Shown: positions 41,601 to 52,849, counted from the stretch's first letter. The stretch: DNA of 64,000 nucleotides from Macrostomum hystrix (GCA_950097015.1 CATNEN010000034.1:1612001-1676000); one strand, 5' to 3'. Translations and numbers: made by a program. The notes: a model not told the origin generated them from the letters alone.

Positions 41601-44600
41601 CCATGCTGATTTCCTGAGGCAGTCAAAGCCATGTCCTGGTGTTGTACACTGAGGCTGGCTCCTTCAGAAGAGGCTGCGATTCCGACGCGACTGTCACCTC
41701 TGCTGGCAGTGATGCTAGCTCCATGCTGATTTCCTGAGGCAGTCAAAGCCATGTCCTGGTGTTGTACACTGAGGCTGGCTCCTTCAGAAGAGGCTGCGAT
41801 TCCGACGCGACTGTCACCTCTGCTGGCAGTGATGCTAGCTCCATGCTGATTTCCTGAGGCAGTCAAAGCCATGTCCTGGTGTTGTACACTGAGGCTGGCT
41901 CCTTCAGAAGAGGCTGCGATTCCGACGCGACTGTCACCTTTGCTGGCAGTGATGCTAGCTCCATGCTGATTTCCTGAGGCAGTCAAAGCCATGTCCTGGT
42001 GTTGTACACTGAGGCTGGCTCCTTCAGAAGAGGCTGCGATTCCGACGCGACTGTCACCTCTGCTGGCAGTGATGCTAGCTCCATGCTGATTTCCTGAGGC
42101 AGTCAAAGCCATGTCCTGGTGTTGTATACTGAGGCTGGCTCCTTCAGAAGAGGCTGCGATTCCGACGCGACTGTCACCTTTGCTGGCAGTGATGCTAGCT
42201 CCATGCTGATTTCCTGAGGCAGTCAAAGCCATGTCCTGGTGTTGTACACTGAGGCTGGCTCCTTCAGAAGAGGCTGCGATTCCGACGCGAACTGTCACCT
42301 TTGCTGGCAGTGATGCTAGCTCCATGCTGATTTCCTGAGGCAGTCAAAGCCATGTCCTGGTGTTGTACACTGAGGCTGGCTCCTTCAGAAGAGGCTGCGA
42401 TTCCGACGCGACTGTCACCTCTGCTGGCAGTGATGCTAGCTCCATGCTGATTTCCTGAGGCAGTCAAAGCCATGTCCTGGTGTTGTACACTGAGGCTGGC
42501 TCCTTCAGAAGAGGCTGCGATTCCGACGCGACTGTCACCTCTGCTGGCAGTGATGCTAGCTCCATGCTGATTTCCTGAGGCAGTCAAAGCCATGTCCTGG
42601 TGTTGTACACTGAGGCTGGCTCCTTCAGAAGAGGCTGCGATTCCGACGCGACTGTCACCTCTGCTGGCAGTGATGCTAGCTCCATGCTGATTTCCTGAGG
42701 CAGTCAAAGCCATGTCCTGGTGTTGTACACTGAGGCTGGCTCCTTCAGAAGAGGCTGCGATTCCGACGCGACTGTCACCTCTGCTGGCAGTGATGCTAGC
42801 TCCATGCTGATTTCCTGAGGCAGTCAAAGCCATGTCCTGGTGTTGTACACTGAGGCTGGCTCCTTCAGAAGAGGCTGCGATTCCGACGCGACTGTCACCT
42901 CTGCTGGCAGTGATGCTAGCTCCATGCTGATTTCCTGAGGCAGTCAAAGCCATGTCCTGGTGTTGTACACTGAGGCTGGCTCCTTCAGAAGAGGCTGCGA
43001 TTCCGACGCGACTGTCACCTTTGCTGGCAGTGATGCTAGCTCCATGCTGATTTCCTGAGGCAGTCAAAGCCATGTCCTGGTGTTTGACCTGTATGGAGTC
43101 TTTCGAAAAGGAGAGGGTGTTCTTGCTATCACTGATTGTTAAAGCATCGTTGCTGATTGATGCTTTTGATTTTGCAAGTGTTTTTCTTGTCGATGTTTTG
43201 TTTTTCTTTTTATTGTTCTTTTTGTCTACTTTCTTCGTTATTCCCGTTGATTGTATCTTTAACTGTGCCTTGTTTTGCTGGTGCGCTGATTTGATTGATT
43301 TTCCGACAGCTCTTCTGACGCCTTCTATTCCAGTTTGAATTAATCTTCCCACACTTTTGCTGATGAGATCATTAAGTATTTTAATGACAGAATCGATTGC
43401 TGTTTCCTGTAATGCCTTTTTGAGTTCTTCTTTCATGTGGAGAAGAGTTTCTTGATTTATTATTTTTTTACTTGATACGTCTAAAGTTTGTTCAAACATC
43501 TTTTTGTATTCTTTGGTCTGCAGCTTTGCATCAACTTTTTGTACAACATCAGTCACGGCGTTGCTTATCTGTGCTGCATGCACTCCAATCGCTGTTGCGT
43601 TGACAGCTACATCAGCTATTTTGATTATGGTAGTTAGACTTTTCAATGCCTTTTCGCTGAAATCATTTCTAAACAGGCTTAGTTTTGCATTCAAGGCATT
43701 AATCACCTTGTCGATTTTTTCAGCGTCTTGAAAAGTCTTTTGGGCAGCGTCAACCAGCAATGTCTGCATTATTTCCAAAACTTGAGCTTGTGATTCTTTC
43801 GAAAGTAGAGCGAAGTCGCAAGTGTCATTCTGGCTGGTTTCCTGGTTCATTTTTAGACACAAAGGAGCGGTAACTCGCAGCAATATCTCATTCAGCCGTC
43901 CATCTTCAACTTCCGATTCGCACTTTTTTATAATGTCTTTGCGCAAGCTCTCCTTCAATTTCTCTATTAACTCCTTAAGAGCTTTCTTCTGCAGTGCGTC
44001 AAGGGCAGTGTTGACAAAAAACTGTGTAATTGGATTTTCCATTATAGTTTTTATGACACGAACGGCATTTGGCCCAATCAGCTTGTTGATCGCTGATCCA
44101 ACCGTAGAATAGCACTTTGACATTATTTTGCCTGCCTTCTGTGCCACGCTGGAACCTATCGCCGTTGATGACTTGAGATAGCCTAGCACTTTTCCAAAGC
44201 CAAATGTGAGCACAGAGATACCAATGTTCATTGCCTTGTTTTTTAGCCATGATTTGGTGTCAAACTCGCCCTGAAGCACGCCCATAACGCCTGCAATGAG
44301 GTCGTTGAATCCCTCGGACACAAAGTATTGTCCGACGTTTACTAATCCAACGTATGACAGAGCGCTTCCAAGTGCGATTTCAACGATTCCAATAATTGCA
44401 ACTGCAAGTGCGATTCCGTACTCTGGCTTCTTCTTCACATCAAAGAACCTCACGTGACCAAGCTGGTATAGCGATCTCAGCTCATCACTTTTTATGCCAT
44501 CGGGATCATTCTCGATGTCTCTAATGCAGGTGCTAGTGGCAATAACCTCCTCCTCTGCTCGTCGGTGTTCTTCCAGTTTTTTTAGATTTTCCTCAAGTTT

Positions 44601-47600
44601 GGCTTTGTACTTATTCAATATTTCGAGTCTTGCACTGCACTGCAAAAACAAATGATTTCTTTCATCTGTGGTCGAACTATCCTGTCGAGTCTCATTTTGA
44701 AACCTTGATCCCGAGTATAATTGTGTCCACATCGTATGGGTCAACCAGGTTTCCTCTATTCTAGTCTTGGCTTCTTTTAAGTCATTCATAACGTCATTTA
44801 GGTCACAGTTGCCCTTTTTTATTTTTGCGTAAGCGCGATTGTAGTACGCGATAGATGACCAGGACTCATTTATTTTGATAGCTCTTGTGAAAAGACCGAT
44901 GGCGCGGTCAAAGTTTCCATGCCGTATATTCTTTTCAGCAAGTTTCAGGGCCTGGAATGGGCTGATTGAACGGTCAGCATCGATATCTGCTTTGGCCTCG
45001 TCGAACATTTTTTCAACATTTCGATTGCAAACAAGAGTTCTCTCTATACTGTAATCGGTCTCGTGTTGTAAGGTTTTCTTGAGATACATTCCCCAAATTT
45101 CCTTGATACAATCTAGTTTTAGCTTAAGGTCAACGTCTTCCTTAATGCATTGATAGTACTCTGAGAGCAAAGCACAGAAACTTCTAAATAGGCTTTCCTT
45201 AAAGTGAACCTCATGCAAGGCATAGTTCTTATGATTCTCAAGCTCTCGCATGCTGGCCTCTCGCCTTTCCTCTTTTATCTCTTGCACCGACTCGCAGTCG
45301 GCAAAGTCGGCACTCATGGTCTCTTTGCTCAGCAGCAGTGTGGCAGATCCTCGCTGACCATTGCGACCACTGCGGCCAAAGACTTGCTCTTCTACTCGCT
45401 GGTTCAGCGGCAGAAAAGTAACCAGTACGTGCAGCCCTCCAGCCTTCTCTGCTGAGTCACTCACTTCGATATCCGTGCCCCTTCCGGCAAGGTTTGTCGC
45501 CACCACCACGTCGCCTGGTTCGACAATCAACTCCGATTCTGTGTCTTCATTTGTGACATACTTCCTCGTATTTGCAGCCGGACAACGGTCAATCACTTCC
45601 TCGTAGATTTTGTTTGCACGGTTGATGTCTTCGCATACAATAAGCGTTGGTCTGCTGCTCTCCTTGACTATTAATTGACACAGCTTGGATACGCATTGGG
45701 CATCAGTATCAGTAACAATGCCCGGATTCTCAAACAACCGACGCTGCCTAAAAGGAGGAATGTAGTTCATTCGCACTTTGTACGTTTCGCGCATGAATTG
45801 CTTCTCATGATCTTCTCCGAGTGTCCCCGACACGCCAAACACGGAGTGACGGTAGCGACGGAAGAAGGCTAAATTAGACAAGAAATTGGTTTCCAGACCA
45901 AGAGGTCGCATCTGCAAGCTGTGCTTCAGTTGAAGAAACTGCTGCAGACCGTCACTCCAACGCATGTTCTCTTGCACTACGCCAGTATGCCGAAAGTCCA
46001 CAGGCACCGCGTCACCATCTTTGACCAGATAGTCCCGTCCCGGCTGCAACACACCCGCAGTCAGAGCACTGTTAATCCACACGTCTAGCATATCATCAAT
46101 GAACTGGTTCAGGTGCTTCGGCATCGGCAACAGGGCTTCCTTTTTTCTTTCATCTTCTGCTTCTTTTGCGGTACTCTCTGGATCTTTATCCTTGAGTGTG
46201 GTGCTGTAGGTTATTCTCGCCTGGATGTCCTCCTTCTTTCTTTGCCTGAACTCGGGAAGATCAGAATAAAGCAGTCTGCAAATTCCGCTCTCTGAAACTA
46301 GAAGGTGTGCATTAGAGGCTGAAACTAGTCGCTCCAGTTCAATCTCTTGATTCCTGGGTGTGTACAAATTAAATTTTGGGAAATTTTCATTCAGTTTTTC
46401 CACTTCACTTAGAATGGCAACGGTCCGTCCAATATTGAATTCGCTTAAATCAACTGGAATTGCTTCCTGAGATAAAAAGCTGCTCTTTTCTGCTGAGGTA
46501 ATAATTTGCCTTTGGACTAATAGCTCAGCCACAGATTGCAACTCTTCCAATGACAAAAACTCTTTTATTAGGTACGGGAAGGTTATAGGCTGCTCCGCCA
46601 CCATTTCGCCGCCATGAGCTGTGTTCAAAACCTGGCAGCCCAGTGTTGCTCGAAAGATAGTAGGAAAGATAGGGTCCAGCATCTTCATGTCCCCCGCCTC
46701 CTGAGCCAGGTACGTCAACTGAACTCCCTGATCCAATAACAGTGAGTCGACTTCATCCACAATTATCGAGTCGCAACCTCGTGAGCCTCGAATTTCCTTA
46801 AACTGGAACTCTTGTCGCAGGATATCGCCAGCAAAGGAAGACACTGTGCCATATACAATTTTTGCTTCATAGCACTGCTTCGGCTTCTCGTGATTTATGT
46901 TGCAATCGGCTAGGAAGCCACATTTTTTGTAAAATTCGGTCCACGCTTTAAAATCTCTTTGCGCTAAGACTTCAGATGGCGCAACGATGTCGACCGACTT
47001 CTCTCCAAGACGCAGGAGTCCCACGGCTACCATAGCAACGATGCATGACTTTCCTTCTCCCGTCATAATTTGCAGAATCTGTCCCATTCTGTCCGTTTCG
47101 TTTGCTGTCTTTGCTGTCGACGCTTCGAGTAGAGCTGCTGCACTAAATATCTGTGTGTGCCTCGGTGTGTAGCCCTTGCACTTTTTCACGGCTTTACAAA
47201 GGCTAACTAGAACATTCGTGATATTCTGCTCAATATTTTTATTTCTTTGAGTCTCTTCACTTTCTCTACTGCGTATTTTTAGTTTCTTAGCTTTGTCGAT
47301 TATATTTTTTGCCATCCTTTGAACAGCAAATTTTTCAAGCTCTTTTAGAACTTCGTTTACAATTATCTGTAGTCTGACTATTCTATTATTATCGAACTCT
47401 CCAGTGAGCTTTATTTCATTCAGCAGCTGCTCCAGCGTTTTGTCCGACTTTTTCTCCGTCTTGAGACTCTCAACCGCGTCCTCTATAGATGCATTGACGG
47501 TGTTCAGAACGATCTCGCTATGGCAGCCGCTTAGTACTATCATCTTAATAAACTCTCGAACTGTCTCTGGCCTCTGTTTTGTCGATTGAATGGTCTGCAT

Positions 47601-49583
47601 TAGTTTTAGCTTAGCTTCACTGTTCCAATGTGAAACAGAGGTTATTAGCTCAACTACACAATCTGTATCTGACTTTGAGTCGAGTTTATCTGAGACTCCC
47701 GCGCTATTCAGCATAGTGCTTATGACAGAATGTAGAGTTCTGAAGCTCACTGCTTCGCTCGGCTTAACTGGCCATAAGAGCACGATATCTTCTGCCACCA
47801 CTAGCAGTTTCAACAAGATTTTCGCCGCTGGGCTCATGTCTTCACTAGCTGCCTCCTGCAGCAAGCAGTCCAGACATGCCAAAGTTCTTAGTGAGCTTAG
47901 AAAATCGAGCTCAAGCTCGCTGCCTCTCTCCCCAACTCCTCGCCCTTGTGTCAGCTGATGAAGATTTAATAAAAGGAGACCGTAGTCGATTACGTCGATT
48001 GTTACTCCAGGAAGGCATTTTTTGAGAATTAGCTGATCGGCAGCTTCAAGAATATAGTTGGCGGTTTCGTCCTCGTCATCAGCGGACATCAGGCTTAGAA
48101 GAATCTGGCGTCGGGATTGCTCCCTTTCTAAGAAAGGTCTGTGGTTTTGGGACTTCCAACTGTCAGCAAGAAGGTCAAGAAAGCCTTCGAATGAATCAGG
48201 GGCCATAGCATTAATACTCGTAGTAGTTGCTAAAACAGCTTTTGTTGCCGAACTGTCATTGTGTGCCGTGTGCAGTCTTGCTAAAATGTAAGCTAATTCT
48301 TCTTGAATGTCTTCGTTCGTGCTGTCTGGGGCATCGCATTGTGCATTTTTGTCGCTTAACTGCGGGGCTGTATAGCCGCTCATGGTCTTGCCTCGTAGGT
48401 GTTGCACAGAGTTGCGCTCAGCAGTATGAGAACTCCGCATGGTCCTTGCCTTCTCTCTCTCCAGCTGTGTGGCCACTTCACACCTAAGCTGAGTTGTCTT
48501 TCTCAGAGTCTCGGAGGCTAGTTTCTGTTGCTCCCTCTGCCTGCGCTGTTCTTCTATTTTCTTGCTGATTTCCGCTTCCCTCTCTGCCAGTTCGGATTCC
48601 AGCTGCGTTCTTCCCTGTTCAATTTCTTGCTGTTGGGAGAGCAACTTCTGCTTCATCTCTTCAGCGAGCTGGTTCATAGCTCGCTGTTTTTCTGTAATTT
48701 CCTTCTCAAATCGATGTTTTCTCTCCTGAAACTGTGCATCCAGGCGAGCCCTATGGTCCTGAGCTTCCAGTTTGAGGCTTTCAATCTTGGCACTCATTTC
48801 GGCCTCGATTCGTTTCTTCTGCTCCTCAAAATTTTCCAGTCTTCTTTTTCGAGCCTCATCAGCCTCCATTTGCTCCAGTGTCAAGTCGCGCTGTGTCTCT
48901 TGTTTCCAATTGGCTTTCCGCGTTTGCAGCTCGGAAAATAGTTCCGATCGGCGGTCCTCTTGAGCGGAGGCATTGGCTTTCATTCTATCTTTTCTTTCTT
49001 GCCTTTGTTTCTCGCATCGCCCGTTGAATTCGTTCTGCCTTTGTTTCCAGCTTGCTAATTCCCGGCGTCTCTGATCGTTGATTCTTTCCCAATTCTGTCT
49101 GCATTGGTCTAGCACCTGATTGTGCTGCCGCTTCTGCTCTTCCAGCTTTTGTCGGTCGAACAGGGACTCCCCCCGGTTAGCCTGCTTCAGCTGCTCCCTT
49201 ACTCCTTCCAATTTCTGCTCCCGTTCGCGGCGCTTTCGGGCGGCAAACATTTCCTTGGTCTCATACTTGTACTCGCCTAATTTTTTACCATCGTAATGCA
49301 GATGAATGACGCCTTCTGACTGCGTGAACAAGCGCCATTCCTTGTTTCTTATTCCATTGCACCAGGATTTCAAGTCGCAGCTTTCAACTGTATCACTTTT
49401 ATTATGCTTTCCATGCTTGAAAAAGATGTCTACTGGTAGGCCCTTATAGTCATAGTGGGTTGACCTTCCCGGTGACAAATTTATGATTTCGGATCCGGCG
49501 CCAGTACGGATAACCATGTACTTTGCCGCAACGCTCCAGTGCTCTTCTGTGTCGTTGCTAAGCTTGCTTCCTGTGTTGCCCAT
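11684..49583 (-). CDS. Giant intronless SecA-type ATPase-domain protein with ~261 x 40-aa C-terminal repeats (~12,630 aa if the +1 base at ~42290 is removed; ~2,440 aa otherwise)
   Basis: ATG at 49583 (MGNTGSK; the track's start at 49619 is GTG). Coiled coil ~48400-49260. SecA motifs: LQIMTGEGKS (Walker A, ~47050), IIVDEVDSLLLD (Walker B, ~46750), MRWSDGLQQFLQLKH, FFRRY...GVSGTLG, VATNLAGRGTDI, GGLHV, RVEEQVFGRSGRNGQRGS (~45370). TPR-like helices ~44820-44920; hydrophobic segments 44190-44420. It runs in frame into the repeat at ~43083. The two track ORFs (42264-49619 and 11684-42325) are joined by a single extra A. Confidence 0.85.
11700..43085 (-). repeat. Coding tandem array: ~261 copies of a 120-bp unit encoding VGIAASSEGASLSVQHQDMALTASGNQHGASITAS(R/K)GDS(R/C)
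   Basis: An exact 120-bp period is visible as alternating identical sequence lines. Only the frame continuous with the SecA-like ORF is open. One indel in ~31 kb. Confidence 0.98.
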
Positions 49584-49789
49584 CTGTGATTTAGAAATCC
49601 TGTCAAAGAATAGCAACACGGTCTTAGCTACGGCTGCATTGGGAAAAGCTATTTAAAAACCTTTTAAACCTGTACGGAAACGTAGTTTAAAATGGACTTC
49701 AAGTCAAGAGAAATAAGGTCCACCATCCAATCAAATGACCGAAACCAGCTCATTATCCCTGGCGATGGTCCCCAAATCAATGGTGACAC

Positions 49790-51372
49790 AATGAAATCCA
49801 TGGTGGCACAATCAAATCCGTGGTGGCGCAATCAAATCCATGGTGGCACAATCCAATCCATGGTTGCACAATCAAATCCATAGTTGCACAATCAAATCCA
49901 TGGTGGCACCCCATTATACATGGTTGCACAATCAAATCCATGGCTGCACAATCAAATCCATGGTTGCACAATCAAATCCATGGTTGCACAATCAAATCCA
50001 TGGCTGCACAATCAAATCCATGGTTGCACAATCAAATCCATGGTTGCACAATCAAATCCATGGTTGCACAATCAAATCCATGGTTGCACAATCAAATCCA
50101 TGGTTGCACAATCAAATCCATGGTTGCACGGTCATCGATGGTGGCACGGTCATCCATGGTGGCACAGTCGAATCCATGGTTGCACAGAAAAATCTATGGG
50201 GGCAACCCCATTATACAAAACATGCACAGTCAAATCCAATGTTGCACAGTCGAATCCATGGTTGCACAATCAAATACATGGTTGCACAGTCAAATCCATG
50301 GTTGCACAATCCAATCCATGGTTGCACAATCAAATCCATGGTTGCATAATAAAATCCATGGTGGCACCCCATTATACATGGTTGCACAATCAAATCCATG
50401 GTGGCACCCCATTATACATGGTTGCACAATCAAATCCATGGTGGCACCCCATTATACATGATTGCACAATCAAATCCATGGTGGCACCCCATTATACATG
50501 GTTGCACAATCAAATCCATGGTGGCACCCCATTATACATGGTTGCACAATCAAATCCATGGTGGCACCGCATTATACGTGATTGCACAATCACATCCATA
50601 GTGGCACCCCATTATACATGGTTGCACAATCAAAACCAATTGTTGCACAATCAAATCCATGGTGGCACCCCATTATACATGGTTGTACAATGAAATCCAT
50701 AGGGCACCCCATTATACATGGTTGCCACAATCAAATCCATGGTGGCACCCCATTATACATGGTTGCACAATCAAATCCATGGGGGCACCCCGTTATACAT
50801 GGTTGCACAATCAAATCTATGGCTGCACAATCAAATCCATGGTTGCACAATCAAATCCATGGTTGCACAATCAAATCTATGGCTGCACAATCAAATCCAT
50901 GGTTGCACAATCAAATCCATGGTTGCACAATCAAATCCATGGGGGCACCCCATTATACATGGTTGCACAATCAAATCCATGGGGGCACCCCATTATACAT
51001 GGTTGCACAATCAAATCCATGGGGGCACCCCATTATACATGATTGCACAATAAAATCCATGGGGGCACCCCATTATACATGGTTGCACAATCAAATCCAT
51101 GGGGGCACCCCATTATACATGGTTGCACAATCAAATCCATGGGGGCACCCCATTATACATGGTTGCACAATCAAATCCATGGGGGCACCCCATTATACAT
51201 GGTTGCACAATCAAATCCATGGGGGCACCCCATTATACATGGTTGCACAATCAAATCCATGGGGGCACCCCATTATACATGGTTGCACAATCAAATCCAT
51301 GGCGGCACCCCATTATACATGGTTGCACAATCAAATCTATGGCTGCACAATCAAATCCATGGTGGCACCCCA
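49790..51372. repeat. 20-bp minisatellite (CATGGTTGCACAATCAAATC)n with a 40-bp higher-order unit that includes GGCACCCCATTATA, upstream of the giant gene
   Basis: Direct tandem repetition. It explains the MVAQSNPWLHNQIHGCTIKS ORFs. Confidence 0.96.
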
Positions 51373-52239
51373 ATGAAGGACAGTTTTCCATTCCCAATGA
51401 CGTAAGCTCGAACACACATGTTTCTTAGAAAAAACCGTTTTCTTTAATTTGTTGCCTATGGTCCGTCTTTTGGATTTTTTACTTGCGCAAGTCAAATAAA
51501 CTCCGTATTTTAAACGTGAATTATATATAAAATAATGAGCTTATTCAATTCACACTCCCAGTATTAAATGACGCAATCTTACCAGCGAGATGAGCATGAG
51601 AATGTCACAGGAGGTAATCATCACACTTGATCTGGACATGAAAGAATGAATTTTGTTTCTGTTGTTTATTTAGTTTAGCTTAGCTTAGTTTTTTTGTAAA
51701 ACTTCTGAACATAAATAGGCCAGCGCCTATGCGTACATTGCTTCGTAAGCGCTATTTTTGCCGTAGGAGCTTTTTCCGGGCCTTGACTTTCAGCTAATTT
51801 CATTCGACTAACAAAGGGATAGAAAAGGGAACTTCGCTTCTTATATTTGTGTACACTTGTGGGCATGAGAAATTGCTGGTACAGCTATTTCGCGCTCCGG
51901 GGGCCTAATTCTATTTTTCGTCACTCCTGCTTTGCACGTTGCTTGCACGCTTTTTACTAAGTAAATGAGATAATAAATGTCTCGCTTTTGGAGCGATAAT
52001 ATACACTAACCATTTACTGAGCAAAAAGGGAACTTCATATCAGGATAGGAGTCTGCACATCTCTTGTTTTCTGTTCGTTTTATTCTGCCTTCCAGCTTTT
52101 GGAGTTCACATGATTTGTTTTAAGTAATACATGACTAATCAGGCACTTTAAGTACAATTATGCATAGACATTTTTTCGACGCTTTGCAGGCTTTGAAAAT
52201 AAATTCGAGTCGACGAAATTGTGTTTATTCGGCTGGCCG

Positions 52240-52782
52240 CATTCCCGATTCCCGAATTCCCGATTCCCGAATTCCCGATTCCCGAATTCCCGATTCCCGA
52301 ATTCCCGAATTCCCCATTCCCGAATTCCCGATTCCCGAATTCCCGATTCCCGAATTCCCGATTCCTGAATTCCTGATTCCCGAATTCCTGATTCCCGAAT
52401 TCCCGATTCCCGAATTCCCGATTCCCGAATTCCCGATTCCCGAATTCCCGATTCCCGAATTCCCGATTCCCGAATTCCCGATTCCCGAATTCCCGATTCC
52501 CGAATTCCCGAATTCCCCATTCCCGAATTCCCGATTCCCGAATTCCCGATTCCCGAATTCCCGATTCCTGAATTCCTGATTCCCGAATTCCTGATTCCCG
52601 AATTCCCGATTCCCGAATTCCCGATTCCCGAATTCCCGATTCCCGAATTCCCGATTCCCGAATTCCCGATTCCCGAATTCCCGATTCCCGAATTCCCGAT
52701 TCCCGAATTCCCGATTCCCGAATTCCCGATTCCCGAATTCCCGATTCCCGAATTCCCGATTCCCGAATTCCCGATTCGAATT
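52240..52782. repeat. 15-bp minisatellite (GAATTCCCGATTCCC)n
   Basis: Direct tandem repetition of a 7+8-bp unit. It explains the IPEFP/GIRES ORFs. Confidence 0.97.
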
Positions 52783-52849
52783 CGAAGGAAAAGTACTAGT
52801 TAGTACTAGTTCTAAAAATAGAAAACTTATTTAATGTTAGATCTGAAAT

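Noticed and set aside
11684-42325. The 10,213-aa track ORF as an independent gene
   Set aside because: Its apparent start lies inside the frameshifted repeat unit with no promoter or unique N-terminus. It is the continuation of the SecA-like ORF.
11700-43085. Centromeric or other non-coding satellite
   Set aside because: The organization is satellite-like, but the unit is a multiple of 3, is open only in the frame of the upstream protein, grades into a coding precursor and ends with a stop and an AATAAA. This is not fully excluded: a random 120-bp unit is stop-free in a given frame about 15% of the time.
45300-47200. Canonical bacterial or plastid secA (contamination or housekeeping translocase)
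   Set aside because: The motifs are SecA-like, but the domain is embedded in a >2,100-aa unique protein with myristoylation, coiled-coil and TPR regions, has no operon context and is flanked by spliced animal genes. No gene symbol was assigned.
43072-48963. Short plus-strand ORFs opposite the SecA-like gene
   Set aside because: Antisense shadows of a long coding region with no recognisable motifs.
11684-49583. Known flatworm adhesive (glue) proteins
   Set aside because: Those are secreted proteins with signal peptides and different repeat types. This protein has no signal peptide and carries a SecA-like ATPase.
49790-51372. CRISPR array (20-bp repeat alternating with a 20-bp segment)
   Set aside because: The interleaved segments are themselves repeated rather than unique spacers, there are no cas genes, and the context is eukaryotic.
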